Position numbers and translations under genes: made by a program. This document shows positions 1 to 12,042 of a stretch of 64,000 nt of DNA, piece after piece. The stretch is from Marsupella aquatica. Its lineage: Eukaryota > Plantae > Marchantiophyta. A model generated the notes under the pieces. That model saw only the letters and a program-made list of their open reading frames with translations, did no database searches and was not told the origin of the DNA. The stretch is taken from assembly GCA_973895155.1 (NCBI GenBank), contig OZ316892.1:2731223-2795222 (forward strand), written 5' to 3'. Within the stretch, counting starts at the first letter, position 1. Each line of letters begins with the position of its first letter.

Positions 1-1110
1 GCATCGTTCAATGCCCCTACACCACAGTTACACTCCTTATCTATTATGGAGTTGGGTTACCGTTGGAGTTTGGACTTTGCAGGACCATTACTGTTAACTA
101 GGCGGCATCATCGGTATGTGTTGATGATGGTGGAGCACTTTTCTAAGTGGATTGAGTTGGTGGCATTGCCTGACAAGGCAAGTGAGGGAACGGCGTATGC
201 ATTTCTTGATAGAGTGCTTAGTCATTTTGGTGCACCAGCGGAGGTGTTGACCGACTAGGGTACTGAGTTTCAAGGTGAGTTTCAGGTCTTGTGTGACAAG
301 GCGTTGATTGATCACTGGACCACATCTCGAGATCATCCAGAGGCGGATGGTTTGGCAGAGCGTGTTGTTCAGACGGTGAAGAGGGGATTGTGCAAGTATG
401 GCCTACAGAAGGGGCATCTTGGAGATTGGGACATTCAGTTGCCATGGTTAGCCATGGGGTATAGATTCAGTCGTCAAGCATCCTTGGCTTCCTTCTCACC
501 TTATTTTCTATTGTACGGTTGAGACCCAGACTTGCCCACAGCAATTTGTCAAGATTCTAGTGAGGTGGTGAACCTTGATGACTCGGAGGTGTGGCTGAGG
601 GTGTGTTCTCAAAGGGCACAACTCTTTTAGAGAGTTATGCCAGCAGCCTTTGAGAACCTTGCCATTGCTCAACACAGAGATACGTTGCGTTATGCAACCA
701 TCCGGGGTGGAGGTTATTGACCATCCATTCGTAGGTTCCATGTGGGGGACTGTGTCTATTTGCAGTAGACTGCACCGACAACGTTGGATGTGACGGTAGG
801 ACGCACTATCCTACGTGTGAGAGAGGTGTTGGCTTCTGGAGTTCTCATGTTGGAGGGTCGTGATGGTGTTGTTTGGAAGGACCATGTGCGTAATTGTGCG
901 CCATGTCACCTCCCAAACATGGATGGTACAGTGGACCCCAGCTTGGCAGTGATACGTGCTAGCTTGAGGTGCATGTTGTGTGGGTCTGCTAGTGAAGCAG
1001 CCCGTATGTTGGTTTGTGATAGGTGTTCTAGGGGTTGGCATATGTCATGCTTAACTCCACCTGTTGATGTTGTGCCTACTGGACGGTGGGTTTGTCCTCG
1101 GTGTACTTAG
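1..1110 (+). pseudogene. Ty3/Gypsy integrase C-terminal part with fused PHD finger, inactivated by in-frame stops
   Basis: ORFs 46-258, 289-522 and 784-1110 share one frame: WSLDFAGP...EHFSKWIE...TD*GTEF...HPEADGLAERVV...SPYFLLYG (rve core). The frame ends in C4HC3 PHD CMLC..CDRC..WHMSC..WVCPRC. Stops at 256, 520, 718 and 766. Confidence 0.9.
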
Positions 1111-1469
1111 GAGGTGGATGACTTGATCTTCACATGGTATGGATTGCAGATGGGCGATTAACGATGGGGCAACATAGCATCCGGCCTTCTGATCCGTGCA
1201 CCCACGAAGGTGTATAGCATGTAGTAGATGGATAGGGCTACCTAGGAGTTAGAGGGACCTAACCGCCAGTTAGGGGGGCGAGTTGCGGTACACTGTCTTG
1301 TATTTATGTATGCTCTTGTCCATGTTATGCATGTATGTGAGTATGGCATGACCAGCGATGTATGTTGTATGACGATGTGGATTCGCACGACATCACAAGC
1401 TATGGAGCTTGTTCACATCTGAATTGGGTTTCTCTTTGTGACGTCCAACTTGGTGGAAGGAACATGAAG

Positions 1470-2527
1470 TGTTACGGCTCAACGGTTTACTCGCGGCGAG
1501 GCGGTCATTTTGAGCCAGGGATTGGCACTTGACACGGAGTGAGTGTGACGCGGCGGAAGTTTTTACTCTGCTGGAGCTGCAGACTGTGCTGGTGCAATTC
1601 GGAAACTTTTCCCGTCGGCGGCGTTCACTTTTCTCGTGAGAAACAGCGGGCCCTAATTAGGTGAGTAATCGACATTTATCCTTTTATGGTTATTTTTTTC
1701 ACTTAAGGGGGTCTAAAGGGGAAGCCTTGTGTGTGTATTTGGGTGTGTATACACACACCCAATCTCCCCCCTCCTCCCCGACACCCCGTTACTCCTCGAT
1801 TGTGTTTTTCCCCCCCTCCCCTCCCGCGCACTCCCGTTCTTTTAGGCGCAGCGGCGCCTCACGCAGCGCCGGCCGACACTATTAGCGTGACCGGGTGCAC
1901 CCCGTCCCGCCATCGCCCTCCCACACTCAACTCGCACCTCGCACCTCACGCTGCGGCCCTTGCGACCCCCGTCGCCCTCCCTCCGACCGGCCCATACACT
2001 CAACACCCCGACCCTGTATCCGGTCAGGCCTTACGCGTACGCAACCGGGTCGGCTACCATGTATTTCCCCTCTACGGCCCGCCTCGACGCCCTGTACACC
2101 CCCCGGCCCGCCTTTGTTTTTTATACTTGTATTTAGTGATAAGGGGCTTTAGCACCCCCTTAAGGCCCTATTTTAAGCTTTTTCTTTCTCCTTTGCTTTT
2201 CCTCTTGTGCTGGGACCTGCCGCCCTCCATTTTAATCGCTCCGACAGGGGGAACGGTCCCCTGTGAGACCTATCAGACTGTGTGGGAATATTCCCGAAAA
2301 ACAGAGAGTTGTTTTTTGGTCATCCGACAAAGATTCCATCCGCCGAACGGTAACTTTTTTGGTTCTTTTTCGGTGAGGACGTTGCCACTGGAGTTAGCAA
2401 CGCGGCGCACCGATCACATCGCAATTTTGACGACGGGTTGTACTGAGTATTTTGATTATTCTCCGAGGTGGTCAAAACGGGGGAGTTTCCCAAGGTGTTA
2501 CCCACCCTGACCAAAATTAGAATAACT
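1470..2527 (+). mobile_element. Candidate 3' LTR of the Gypsy element
   Basis: Purine-rich GGTGGAAGGAACATGAAG precedes TGTTAC at 1470. The GC-rich non-coding tract ends ...AATAACT (near-TAACA) just before the Copia leader. An alternative PPT (TAGGGGGGCGAG) lies at 1271. No second LTR is in the window to confirm the boundaries. Confidence 0.4.
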
Positions 2528-2656
2528 TTTCTGTTGAATTTTGATTTTGATTTTGGCTTTCAGTATTGGACTCCTAGCTTTGTGGGCTACGCGGCAGTGT
2601 TGAGTTTTGAGTTTTATGAGAAGTTTCAAAAAAGACTTTTTTTATGATTGTTTCAT

Positions 2657-4961
2657 ATGAGTGACTCGGAGGATACTAGAAGAATTGGCATCGGTGGAGC
2701 TTCAGGATCACGACGGTTAGACGAAGAGTTTGAGGAGGAGCTGCTACCGTTTGAGGAAGAACTAGTGACACCAGTATGATCACCGGTGCGGCGTGTAGTG
2801 GAGGAAGCTATCTTACTACCAGAGCTGTCGGTAGTTGGAAAGAAGAAGGAGATGGCTAGATTTGGAGGAGTGAAGTTTGAGGTGGAGAAGTACGATGACC
2901 GTACTGATTATTTGCTCTAGGAAAAGCAAGTGAAGGGTATTCTACGTGCCATGGGCTTAACTCATCTGTTTTCTTCGCGAGAGCAGTATGATGGAGAGGA
3001 GGAGATTTCTGTGAGACAGTGGAGACAGGAGCAGGTGATTGTTGTCAATGCAATGATGCTATATCTCAAGCCGCACATCATCAAACAGCAGGATGATTAT
3101 GCGGATTGCGCGTCACTGTTCAAGGCTCTAAGAGAGAAGTACTACCGGGAAGATGCGTCAGACCGGCTGTACAAGAAGTCTCTCTTGATGAGCCTCAAGC
3201 TCAAGGAAGGGAGCAAGATGCAGGATCACCTGGATGAATTTGACAGTCTAGCGGTGGATCTGTCAAACCTGGGAAAAGGAGTTGAAGATGAGGATAAGGC
3301 CTTACTTCTGCTAAGCTCCTTACCGCCGTCATATCAGGGCTTGAAACAGGTGCTCTTGTATAGAGATCTGAAGTCCATTTCGTATAATGAGGTGGTGAGC
3401 TCATTACTGTCTGATGATGCTCAGAAGAAGCTGGATCAATCACAGACAACATCTTCTTTTGGCACTGCGTTGAACGTTAACCATGGGAGACCAGCGCAGC
3501 GCACGAATGGGCAAAACAGGTTTAGATCTACATCACGAGGAAGATCTAAATCCAGAGGGAAATCGCAAGAGAGGAAGCCTCTTGCATGTTGGAATTGTGG
3601 CAAGCCTGGCCACAAGAAAAAGGATTGTCAAGTAAAGGTCCCTACTGCATTTGCTAACGCGGCATCGAGCTCGCATGAGGTAGATTTACTCGATGATGAT
3701 GACATATTGTGATATCAAGGTTATGCTCTCAACGTAGTGTCAAATCCAGGTAGTGATGATTGGATTCTAGATAGTGCATGTACTTTTCATATTTGCTCTA
3801 GGAGAGATTTTTTCAGTTCTTACACAGTTTCCAACGGGTTAGTGTTGATGGGAAATGGAATCCCATGTCAAGTTGTTGGACTTGGATCTGTAAGATTTCA
3901 GATGTTTGATGGTGTTGTGAGAACGTTGAGGAATGTGAGACATGTTCCCAGCATGATGAAAAATCTCATTTCAGTTGGAGTTTTAGAAGCAAAGGGCCAT
4001 TAGTGGAGCTCTGCTAATGGTATCCTTCAGGTTTCAACTGGTACTAAAGTTGTATTGAAGGGAAAGAGACATAGCAATCTATACGTTTTGGACGGCAGTA
4101 TAGTCTGTGATGAAGCCAATATAATCTTATCTCATGAGGAGACGGCCCGGCTGTGGCACTTCTGTTTGGGCCACATGAGTGAAAAAGGTTTGGCTATTCT
4201 TCAGAAGAAAGGATTACTTTCTAATTTGCAATCTTGTAAGTTAGAATTTTGTGAGCATTGTGTGCTAGGGAAGCAGCACAGGAAACCATTCGGAGTTGGA
4301 ACTCACACCAGCAAGGTGGTACTTGAGTATGTACATAGTGATGCGTGGGGTCCAGCCCCTACTCCCTCACATTCTGGACGGTTATACTATGTCACGTTCA
4401 TTGACGATTACTCAAGGTATGTGTGGATATACTTTCTACACAATAAGTCTGATGTTTTTGCCACTTTTAAGGAGTGGAAAGCCCAAGTTGAGAATCAGAC
4501 CGGTATTAAGGTGAGATATCTACGATCGGATAACGGCGGTGAATATAGTTTTGGTGAATTTTGAACGTATTGTAAGGAGCAAGGGATTACCCGCCATCTC
4601 AAAACAAGTTATACTCCTCAGCAAAATGGTATTTCTCAGAAACTCAACCGAACACTATTGGACCGCTCGAGGAGTATGTTGAGTCAATCATGCTTACCAC
4701 ATGAGTTTTGGGCTGAAGCTGGTAACACTACAGCTTATTTGGTAAATTTTTCTCCATCTAGTTCTATTGGATTCAAGACGTCATTTGAAATGAGGTACGG
4801 ACGTCCAACAGATTATTCACATCTGAGGATTTTTGGATGTGATGCTTATGTGCTTACACCTTCCCAGCTTCGATCCAAGCTGGAGTCCAAGTCAAAGAAG
4901 TGCATTTTTCTTGGCTATCAGAAAGGTGTGAAGGGTTATAGGTTATGGGATCCAGTAACCT
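2657..4961 (+). pseudogene. Ty1/Copia (Tnt1-like) gag-protease-integrase, 5' part, decayed
   Basis: GVKFEVEKYD gag start, zinc knuckle CWNCGKPGHKKKDC, protease WILDSACTFH, pre-integrase LWHFCLGH/CEHCVLGK, integrase YVHSDAWGP/LRSDNGGEY, KCIFLGY..KGYRLWDPVT. Several in-frame stops. Cut at 4961 by the CACTA insertion. Confidence 0.93.
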
Positions 4962-7900
4962 CACTAGAAGAAACCAGCCCATTTTGAGACCTGGAGATGT
5001 GTGACTTGTCCAAGACCTTCATGAAATAGCGACTCCAAGGTTGTTGGTGTCATGTTAGTCACACCTTCTTGACTGATTTTTGGTGAAGTTTTGCCAAGTC
5101 ATGTTTACAACTTTTAGGTAAGTTGCAACTATAACTTAGTTAAGGCAATTAGGGTGAAGTTATACAAGTGACTCTACATTAGAGTACAACTTATGAGACC
5201 ACTACATTTGAACCCTTAAACCTTAAAGTATGGGATCCGCGACCATATACATATGATTTTGGATACACCATATGTCATTCCACATCAATTTAATAATAGT
5301 TTAGTCATACCATTCTAAACCATAATTACTCCTGACCCCATTTAGACACAATGAAGCCTCAGCCCCGTTCAAACCGAGAGCAGGCCGGCTTTGTCAAACC
5401 TTGTTATTAACCTAACTTAATGCTTTTTGTAGTCAATCTCTAATTTTCTCCATCTTTACCACTTGTCCTACCCTCTATACCAGCCATAGAACATTGGATG
5501 TCCAACTACTATATTTTTGCATGCTATATATATATATATGCATATGAAGAAGGCTTGATCTTAGATAGCATTAGTTTTCTTTTAGGCTCATCATTTGTGC
5601 TCTTAATTAATGAGCATGCAACAAGGCTATTGTAAGGTTAATCCTAGCCCTGTGCGTTCATTTAATCTTTGCTCATATTGTGTTGTGTCAAATTTGCTTT
5701 AGGGTTTACAGCTCATGTCAACGCAAAGTGGTCGAGTGTCACTGGGTTCAGTTCTCTCACTAAGTGTTAAGGTATGCATTGTGCGTTGCCTTTGGATACG
5801 AGTTTAGGGTGCGCGGGTTTTTCAACAGGAAACACACCAGTAGAGTGCAAATGGGAGTTGAAGGTGCGCGGGAACTCGGAGGTTTTTGTCAAGGAAAAAC
5901 TTGGATGTCCATTGTGCTTACCAACAACCATCGTTTAGGGCGAGGAGCTTTACGGACTTCACTCCCGCTTGTCGTGCTTGAGTGTACATCTGCCCTCTAT
6001 ACTTTTGGGAGCTTTGGACTAGAGCAGATGATCGGAAGCCTCGGACGAGAGACACAGACTCCAATATCCAGCTCGTAGATCAATCCGTGATTGATTTTGT
6101 CAGGTGTGCGACCTTCAAGCTCTTCTCCATTGTGCGCTTCCAGTTGAATGCTGCAAGGTCTGAATACTATCGGGAGCTCGCATTTGGGCCAAGGTTTAGG
6201 TATTTTGTCATTGGAGGACTGAGCTGTGGGTTTAGGCCGACTTACTATGAGCTTATGTTGTTGCAGCTGTGACCAATAACTGAGGAGCTGCGACCAGGAG
6301 CTTATTTTGTTGCAGCACTACCGTGGACAAGGGGTTGTGGAGGATCGGGGAGCTGCAACGTAGAACTGAGGAGCTGCAAAAAAGTGGGGAGTGATCTTGA
6401 AGGCCAACTATCTAGCGTGAGGTGGATCATCGTGGTTGCAACAGCGATCGGGCCCTTTTTTGCATTGGCATTGTCAGTAAGACAATCTGTGGATGCGCGA
6501 AAGAGTCACAAGGAGTTGTTCTTGTGGGCAGAGATTGGAGTTCACATTTGGTAAGTCCACCTCAATAATGACATACATTGTAGGTGGAGGCAATGTTATG
6601 GCCTCTTGTTGTCTTTAAACTCATTCTCCACTCACAAGAGAATGAGGATTGATTGTGTCCTGAGAAGCTTAACAATTTATGTTGTTGACATCGTCCACAT
6701 TGAGTGACAGTGAGCTCAAGTCAGTGAGTGACCGATCAAAGGGGACATTTGTGCTCTTCATTACATGCTCGGGCAAGAGTGATTGATGTACTAATCGCAA
6801 GCGCTCCCAAGTATCCATTTGTCGTTAAGGCTTGAAGCTTCACCGGGAGCTGCGACCGTCAATGGGGAGGAGTTGGAGGTTGTGTTGCACTCGTACACAA
6901 CCTCCAAGGTACAAGGCAGGAGTTGTGCAATTTAAGGTGAGAGTCAGTAGCTTTTGGGATTCACCATCTTTCATCGTTGTCATCGCTGCTCTCGTCTATC
7001 GCTACGGCTGATTGCTGCTCTGCGTTTTTGCCATGGGTTGCCAGTCTGCCAGATGCTGAGTGAGACAGAGGCTACAACCTGGGTGCATGGAGGTCCTCAC
7101 TAATCCCATGGTTTACAGTTTGCAAAATGTGACAGCCCCAGTGCACAGTGAGGTATAGGGTGTGTGAGGTATAGGGTGTTCTTACTCGTGCTACAGTCGC
7201 TTTGACTTGCTGAGTTCCAGCAAATTGAGTTTTAGGTGCGGTCAATGAGAGTTGAGTTGTTTGAGCTGCGGTCACTGAGAGTTTAGAGTTTGAGCTGCGG
7301 TCACTGAATGCTGGCATTGAGGTGCACGCCCTTCACATTGATCAGTGAAGGCTACGGCCAGGGTGATTATGACAGTGATTCTAATGCAAACCGTCCAGGT
7401 AAGATTTATGTGACATTGTGTACAATGAAAGTGGCCCTGCTTATTGACTGCTTAATGTTTGTGTTGCAACTGGCAGCAGATGCATGGAGTGCAGCGAAGG
7501 GAGGCGCTATTCATGTGAGCTGACAGGGGAGCTGGACTTGTGAGCCGTGGTTGCAGCTACGTCTTGGAGCTACGACCTATGAGTTGCGGCTAGAGCTACG
7601 ACTTGACCTGAAGGTGACGCATGAAGAGTAATTTTGCAATCCATGAATGTTTGTACTCAATGTTATAGATGCATAGGGTGGGTGTTGCATTTTGTTACTG
7701 TAAAATGTCCGTGATGTCGTGAGATGTTCTGTTCCTTGGATTGAGACAATTCTTAGATCTCTGCATCAGCGATTATTGTATGTCATGTCTCACCTCAGAT
7801 CATGAACGTGATTGGTTGGAGACTATATTAATTGGGGAGGAGCTCCAATCCGTTGTCATTGCTTCTCAGTGGAGTGTTGTTTTAGTAAGCTACAGGGGGC

Positions 7901-8084
7901 AACAGAGCGCAAGTTGCTGCTTGCAAGTTCACGCCTGCTACCTGCTACCTACGACTTCCGCCTGAAAGGTATGACATTCACATATGCGCATTTCTGGTCT
8001 CCAGTTGATCAATGTACTTATTCCCGCTGCCTTGAAATGGACCTCAAATTTCCATGCTCCAATACGCTACTGTGATCGAAGCCT

Positions 8085-8222
8085 ATCACGATGCAAAAAC
8101 AGAGGAGAGGCAGAATCAGAGCCCGGACACCAACGTGTACAAATATCACGAAGCTAAAATAGAGGAGAGGAAGAATCAGTGCTCGGCTCGGACACCAAAG
8201 TGTATAGACATCATGAAGCTAA
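8085..8222. repeat. Imperfect ~60-65 bp tandem duplication inside the CACTA
   Basis: ATCACGA..AGAGGAGAGG.AGAATCAG..CGGACACCAA.GTGTA occurs twice, plus a partial third start. Confidence 0.7.
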
Positions 8223-8885
8223 CTACAAGCTAGCAAATAGGTCAAATGCTCCCAAATCGAGTCAGAGGAAAGTTACTAAGACTACCTTCACAACTCTCAA
8301 GTCTGGAAAGTAAAAATCAGCCTGAGACACGTAGCAAGAACTGTTGTCTGCTAGGAACTGTTGTCTGCTTTCTTGGGGATCGTCATGTGTATGTAATTGC
8401 ATACACATTCTACCTGAGGGGAGTATGACTGTACACCTCAGGTAGAACCGAGTACTATCTATCGCATGATATAATTCCTCTACAATTTTGTATTAATGTT
8501 GCCTAAGTGCTTTGTTGTATTGTTTTGGTTGTAATGACGTCACTTGCATTTCATAGTCAGTCTTAGTTGGTTGGCTTGGTACTCATTTGCTTTTCACTCC
8601 CTCTGGCTAGTGAATTTGTCTATTGTTGCTGAGTTTTTTGCGTAAGAACTACATGTTCTTCACTTTCTTTCTCTCCCCTATGGAAGACTATTGGCTTGGG
8701 CTGCCAGCCTTCTCTCTGTTTCAATTTGTTGTCCCTATGGTCAAACACTACTTGGTTAGTGGTTTTGCTCTATTTTTGTCTGTTTTGCCTTCAAGTAGGA
8801 CATGGATGAATTGAGCTTGGAGGCAACAAAATGGCAAGGCCGAATCTGAATGGTTCCAGAAGTATGTGTGCTGCATTTTGATCTG

Positions 8886-9556
8886 GAGAACCAATTGTAG
8901 AGTTGACTCTTTTTGAATGTTGTAGTCTATTTTGCCTTGAACTGGGCCATGGATGAATTGAGCTTGGAGGCAGTTTTTTTCATTCCCATCTTCCTGAAGC
9001 CTTGTCTGCTTTCTGCCACCCCCTTGTGGTGGGGACTTTTCTTGAAAGATCCTTATTGTGAACAGAGTTTGTACTTTGATTATGAAGTTTGACTGAGTTT
9101 CTGTTTACTGAAAGAATGTGACTGTGTAAGAGTTTCGTTTGGTAGTGGATTGGTTGAAGCACTTCCTGCTAGTGTGTTGTCCACAGCTCTTCAACCAGCT
9201 TTTGTATTCCTTGTCTTTCACCACTTACGGTGACATCAATTCAGCTAAGACCATAGAAGGTTCCAAGGCATCTAACTTGTAAAATCGCATTCTGTTACAT
9301 CAAGGACTAAGGTGTTGGGTACCAAAGGAGACAGCACAGCAAACGTGCTGAAAAGACTTCAGGACTGGGTTCAACAAGGTAGTGAAGGTGCTTAGAGCCA
9401 TAGTAAGTATGCATTCTGTATCCTTTCTCTGTTGATGTGAGCTTGTGCATAGTAGGAGTTGTAGTTGGCAAGAGTTCCATAAGGCCAAATATGAATAGTT
9501 CTAGAAGTATGTGTATGAACCAAGTGTAGAGTTGACTCTTTCTAAATATTGTAGTC
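8886..9556 (-). pseudogene. Ubiquitin C-terminal fragments (two copies) captured in the CACTA
   Basis: Minus strand 8927-8886 reads DYNIQKESTLQLVL and 9556-9518 reads DYNI*KESTLHLV. Ubiquitin residues 58-71 are DYNIQKESTLHLVL. Confidence 0.75.
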
Positions 9557-10142
9557 TCTTTTGCCTTCAACTGGGCCATCGAGTACTGCTAGTGTATTCA
9601 CCCCAATGAGCAATGCTTCTCCATTCAATCAGGTGAACGTACAGTTTGGTAGGGCCAATGCCATGTGATCATGTACTTGCTCTATAAAATTCTGAAGATA
9701 TAAGCATTTTCTGTTAGACCAGGCAACTTGGGAGTTGCTAATTGTCACCTGCATCTGAGGGGCTATACCGGGGGCATAAGTGGAGGTTCACTTGCACAAC
9801 ACGACAGCCAGTGAATTTTCTCTCTGCTGCAACCTGCAAGGTGAGACTTTTGGTCCTTCTGGATGAAAAAACAGGATTTTAATATGATTGATATACATGT
9901 CCGTCGAGAACATGGGTTTATCACCAAGCTCTTTGTCTTAGGAAACTCATAAACTCAGAATCAAATATGTACTATGCACGTTTCATGCTATGTGTATACT
10001 ATGACCTGTAGTTGGAACCAAGACAGTGAGTGGGAACTGATTAGTTTAGGTTGGTTGTTGTTGGCGAGGCAAGTCGACCTCCTGCTCGCCTTGCTCATCA
10101 AAGGACGTGAATAGAGGACGTCACAATGAAAGCAACACTTAA

Positions 10143-10592
10143 ATGGTGAGGACCCGCAACGCTGAACATGTGCGGCTTGCACGCAAGGCAGAGATGTTGC
10201 GCCTTGAGTATGTCAGACTTGGGATCCTTCCAGCCCAGTCTGCATGGTACTTTGAGTACCCTGTTGTTTCCAAGAACAACTACAGCCGGCCTCTACCTGC
10301 TTCAGTACCCTTCCCGACATCCTTGGTATTTGTGTCTCTTGTACATGACCCGCCACAAATTAGGTGCCAAGGGTGTGTGCACAGTTGCCAATATGACTGT
10401 CTTGCCTGTAGGGCTTCTGGCCCAGAATTGGATGACCGTTCTCTTGGATGCCGATTTTTGCACAGAGCACAATGTATCATCTGGAACCACTCGCCATCCT
10501 GCAGTGTGCCTGGTGATGTCACTTGTCCTGCCCTCCCAGACCCCACCACTGGTGGCTTTGGTGTCTACACATGTTTGGATCACATGCTCTAG
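10143..10592 (+). CDS. CACTA cargo ORF: 149-aa Cys/His-rich, degenerate PHD-like zinc-finger protein
   Basis: ATG-started open frame with CQGC..CLAC..GCRFLH..C..YTCLDH, resembling a PHD with a terminal CxxH. Confidence 0.5.
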   Translation: MVRTRNAEHVRLARKAEMLRLEYVRLGILPAQSAWYFEYPVVSKNNYSRPLPASVPFPTSLVFVSLVHDPPQIRCQGCVHSCQYDCLACRASGPELDDRSLGCRFLHRAQCIIWNHSPSCSVPGDVTCPALPDPTTGGFGVYTCLDHML

Positions 10593-11206
10593 AGGACCAC
10601 TTGTCACACCACATGCATAGACCAGATACCATTGACCTATAGCTTAACACTCTGCCTTCAACACAGAGGATATTTACTTAAAATTTTGATGTATGAGCAA
10701 TTTTGGGTCCAGGGTTTAGGGTCAACAGTACATAACTTATCCTAGTATGCATGCACTAAGCAAAATATCCTAATTTAAGAGGCTACCAAACTCGCTTAAA
10801 AGTCTCTATTGAAAGACTACTTTAATATTGCTTTAACCTGGTGAACATTGCAATGTTGAATGAATTAATGGGCCATGTGATAATATGCAAAATGTGATTT
10901 ATGCCTCACTTATTTGTCTTAGCCACTATCATAACCTATTTAGGATGTATAAATTTCAACCCTTATGACACTGCTTCATACCAATCCTCTTCGAAGAATG
11001 CCTGTTTTACATGTCACGACTATTGTATGTGATTCAAATGCATGAAATGTTGTTGCAGATCTCCTTTGGTGAATCATAGCCACAATTAAAATTGAGGTGT
11101 TGGTGAAGAAATTGTATTAGGGGATCAGTTTTGTGTGTGGGCTCAACATACCCAAAGTATGTGTGCTCTGCATCCTTGTGTGGCCATTCCAATTCATTGC
11201 ACTAGC

Positions 11207-11350
11207 AAATGCCTTTGTACCTTAAATGCTAAATATATTTTACTTTCTGTGCAGTCTGCTAAATTGTAGAGTCTATCTAAATGCCTTTGTACCTTAAATG
11301 CTAAATATATTTTACTTTTTGTGTAGTCTGCTAAATTGTAGAGTCTATCT
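11207..11350. repeat. 72-bp tandem duplication directly upstream of the EDM2-like ORF
   Basis: AAATGCCTTTGTACCTTAAATGCTAAATAT...GAGTCTATCT at 11207-11278 and 11279-11350, nearly identical. Confidence 0.9.
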
Positions 11351-11361
11351 CATGCGCAGGC

Positions 11362-12042
11362 ATGGCACGGCCTAAAATTCAAGCCAAAAAGCGTGTGACA
11401 GAGGTGAGAAACATAGGTGTACTTGGGGCAGATGCTACTAACTTCTCTGCAAGTCAGATTTTCCAGAAGGCAGCTCATTGTTATGCCATTTGTGACGATG
11501 GTGGGGGCCTGGTCATTTGTGAGGGCCCTTGCATGAGGCATTTCCACCTCAACCCGGAGTCTGACCTTGCTGCAGAAAACAACTGTCCAGGGGTGGGCCT
11601 CCCATCAACACACCAGGGAGACTGGATGTGCACTGATTATTTGGAGAAGCAGGCTAAGTGTGCACAGTGTGGGAAGTTGGGGTCCTATGAGGGCTCTGTT
11701 GATGCTGCAGCAAATGTTAGGAAATGTCTAGACCATTTTTGTGTGAGATTTTTCTGTTTTGAGTGTTTGCCTGCTCATGCCACAACTTGCCCACTTCATA
11801 GGTGCAAGGCATGTGGTGAGCATGATGATGACTACTGGACTGACATAGTCCACTGTGCTAGGTGTCCCACTATGTGGCACTATCATTGCCTGAAAGATCA
11901 TCAAGCAGAGGGTTATGCTTGTGACAGAGAAATCTATGATCACTCTGCACATGGTGTTGATCGATGGATATTTTATTGTCATCGCCATGCCATTGATCCT
12001 ACCTCGCGCACTCCTGTGAGAGATCACATATCTTGGCTGTGA
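11362..12042 (+). CDS. CACTA cargo ORF: stand-alone EDM2-like composite PHD-finger protein (226 aa)
   Basis: AICDDGG.LVICEGPCMRHFH, CAQCGKLGS, TCPLHRCKAC, CARCPTMWHYHCL and IFYCHRHAID..RTPVRDH match, in order, the EDM2 PHD region as I recall it (CAICDNGG..CEGSCLRSFH..TCPLHKC..CRRCPKSYHRKCL..IYCQEHEID..TPVRDH). Splice-acceptor-like GCAG just before the ATG. Confidence 0.85.
   Translation: MARPKIQAKKRVTEVRNIGVLGADATNFSASQIFQKAAHCYAICDDGGGLVICEGPCMRHFHLNPESDLAAENNCPGVGLPSTHQGDWMCTDYLEKQAKCAQCGKLGSYEGSVDAAANVRKCLDHFCVRFFCFECLPAHATTCPLHRCKACGEHDDDYWTDIVHCARCPTMWHYHCLKDHQAEGYACDREIYDHSAHGVDRWIFYCHRHAIDPTSRTPVRDHISWL

Noticed and set aside
1731-2510. 259-aa Pro-rich ORF
   Set aside because: Non-ATG start and low complexity; a by-product of the C-rich putative LTR.
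8408-8447. 12-bp perfect inverted repeat TTCTACCTGAGG/CCTCAGGTAGAA
   Set aside because: Real but short and isolated; no terminus, TSD or function could be attached.
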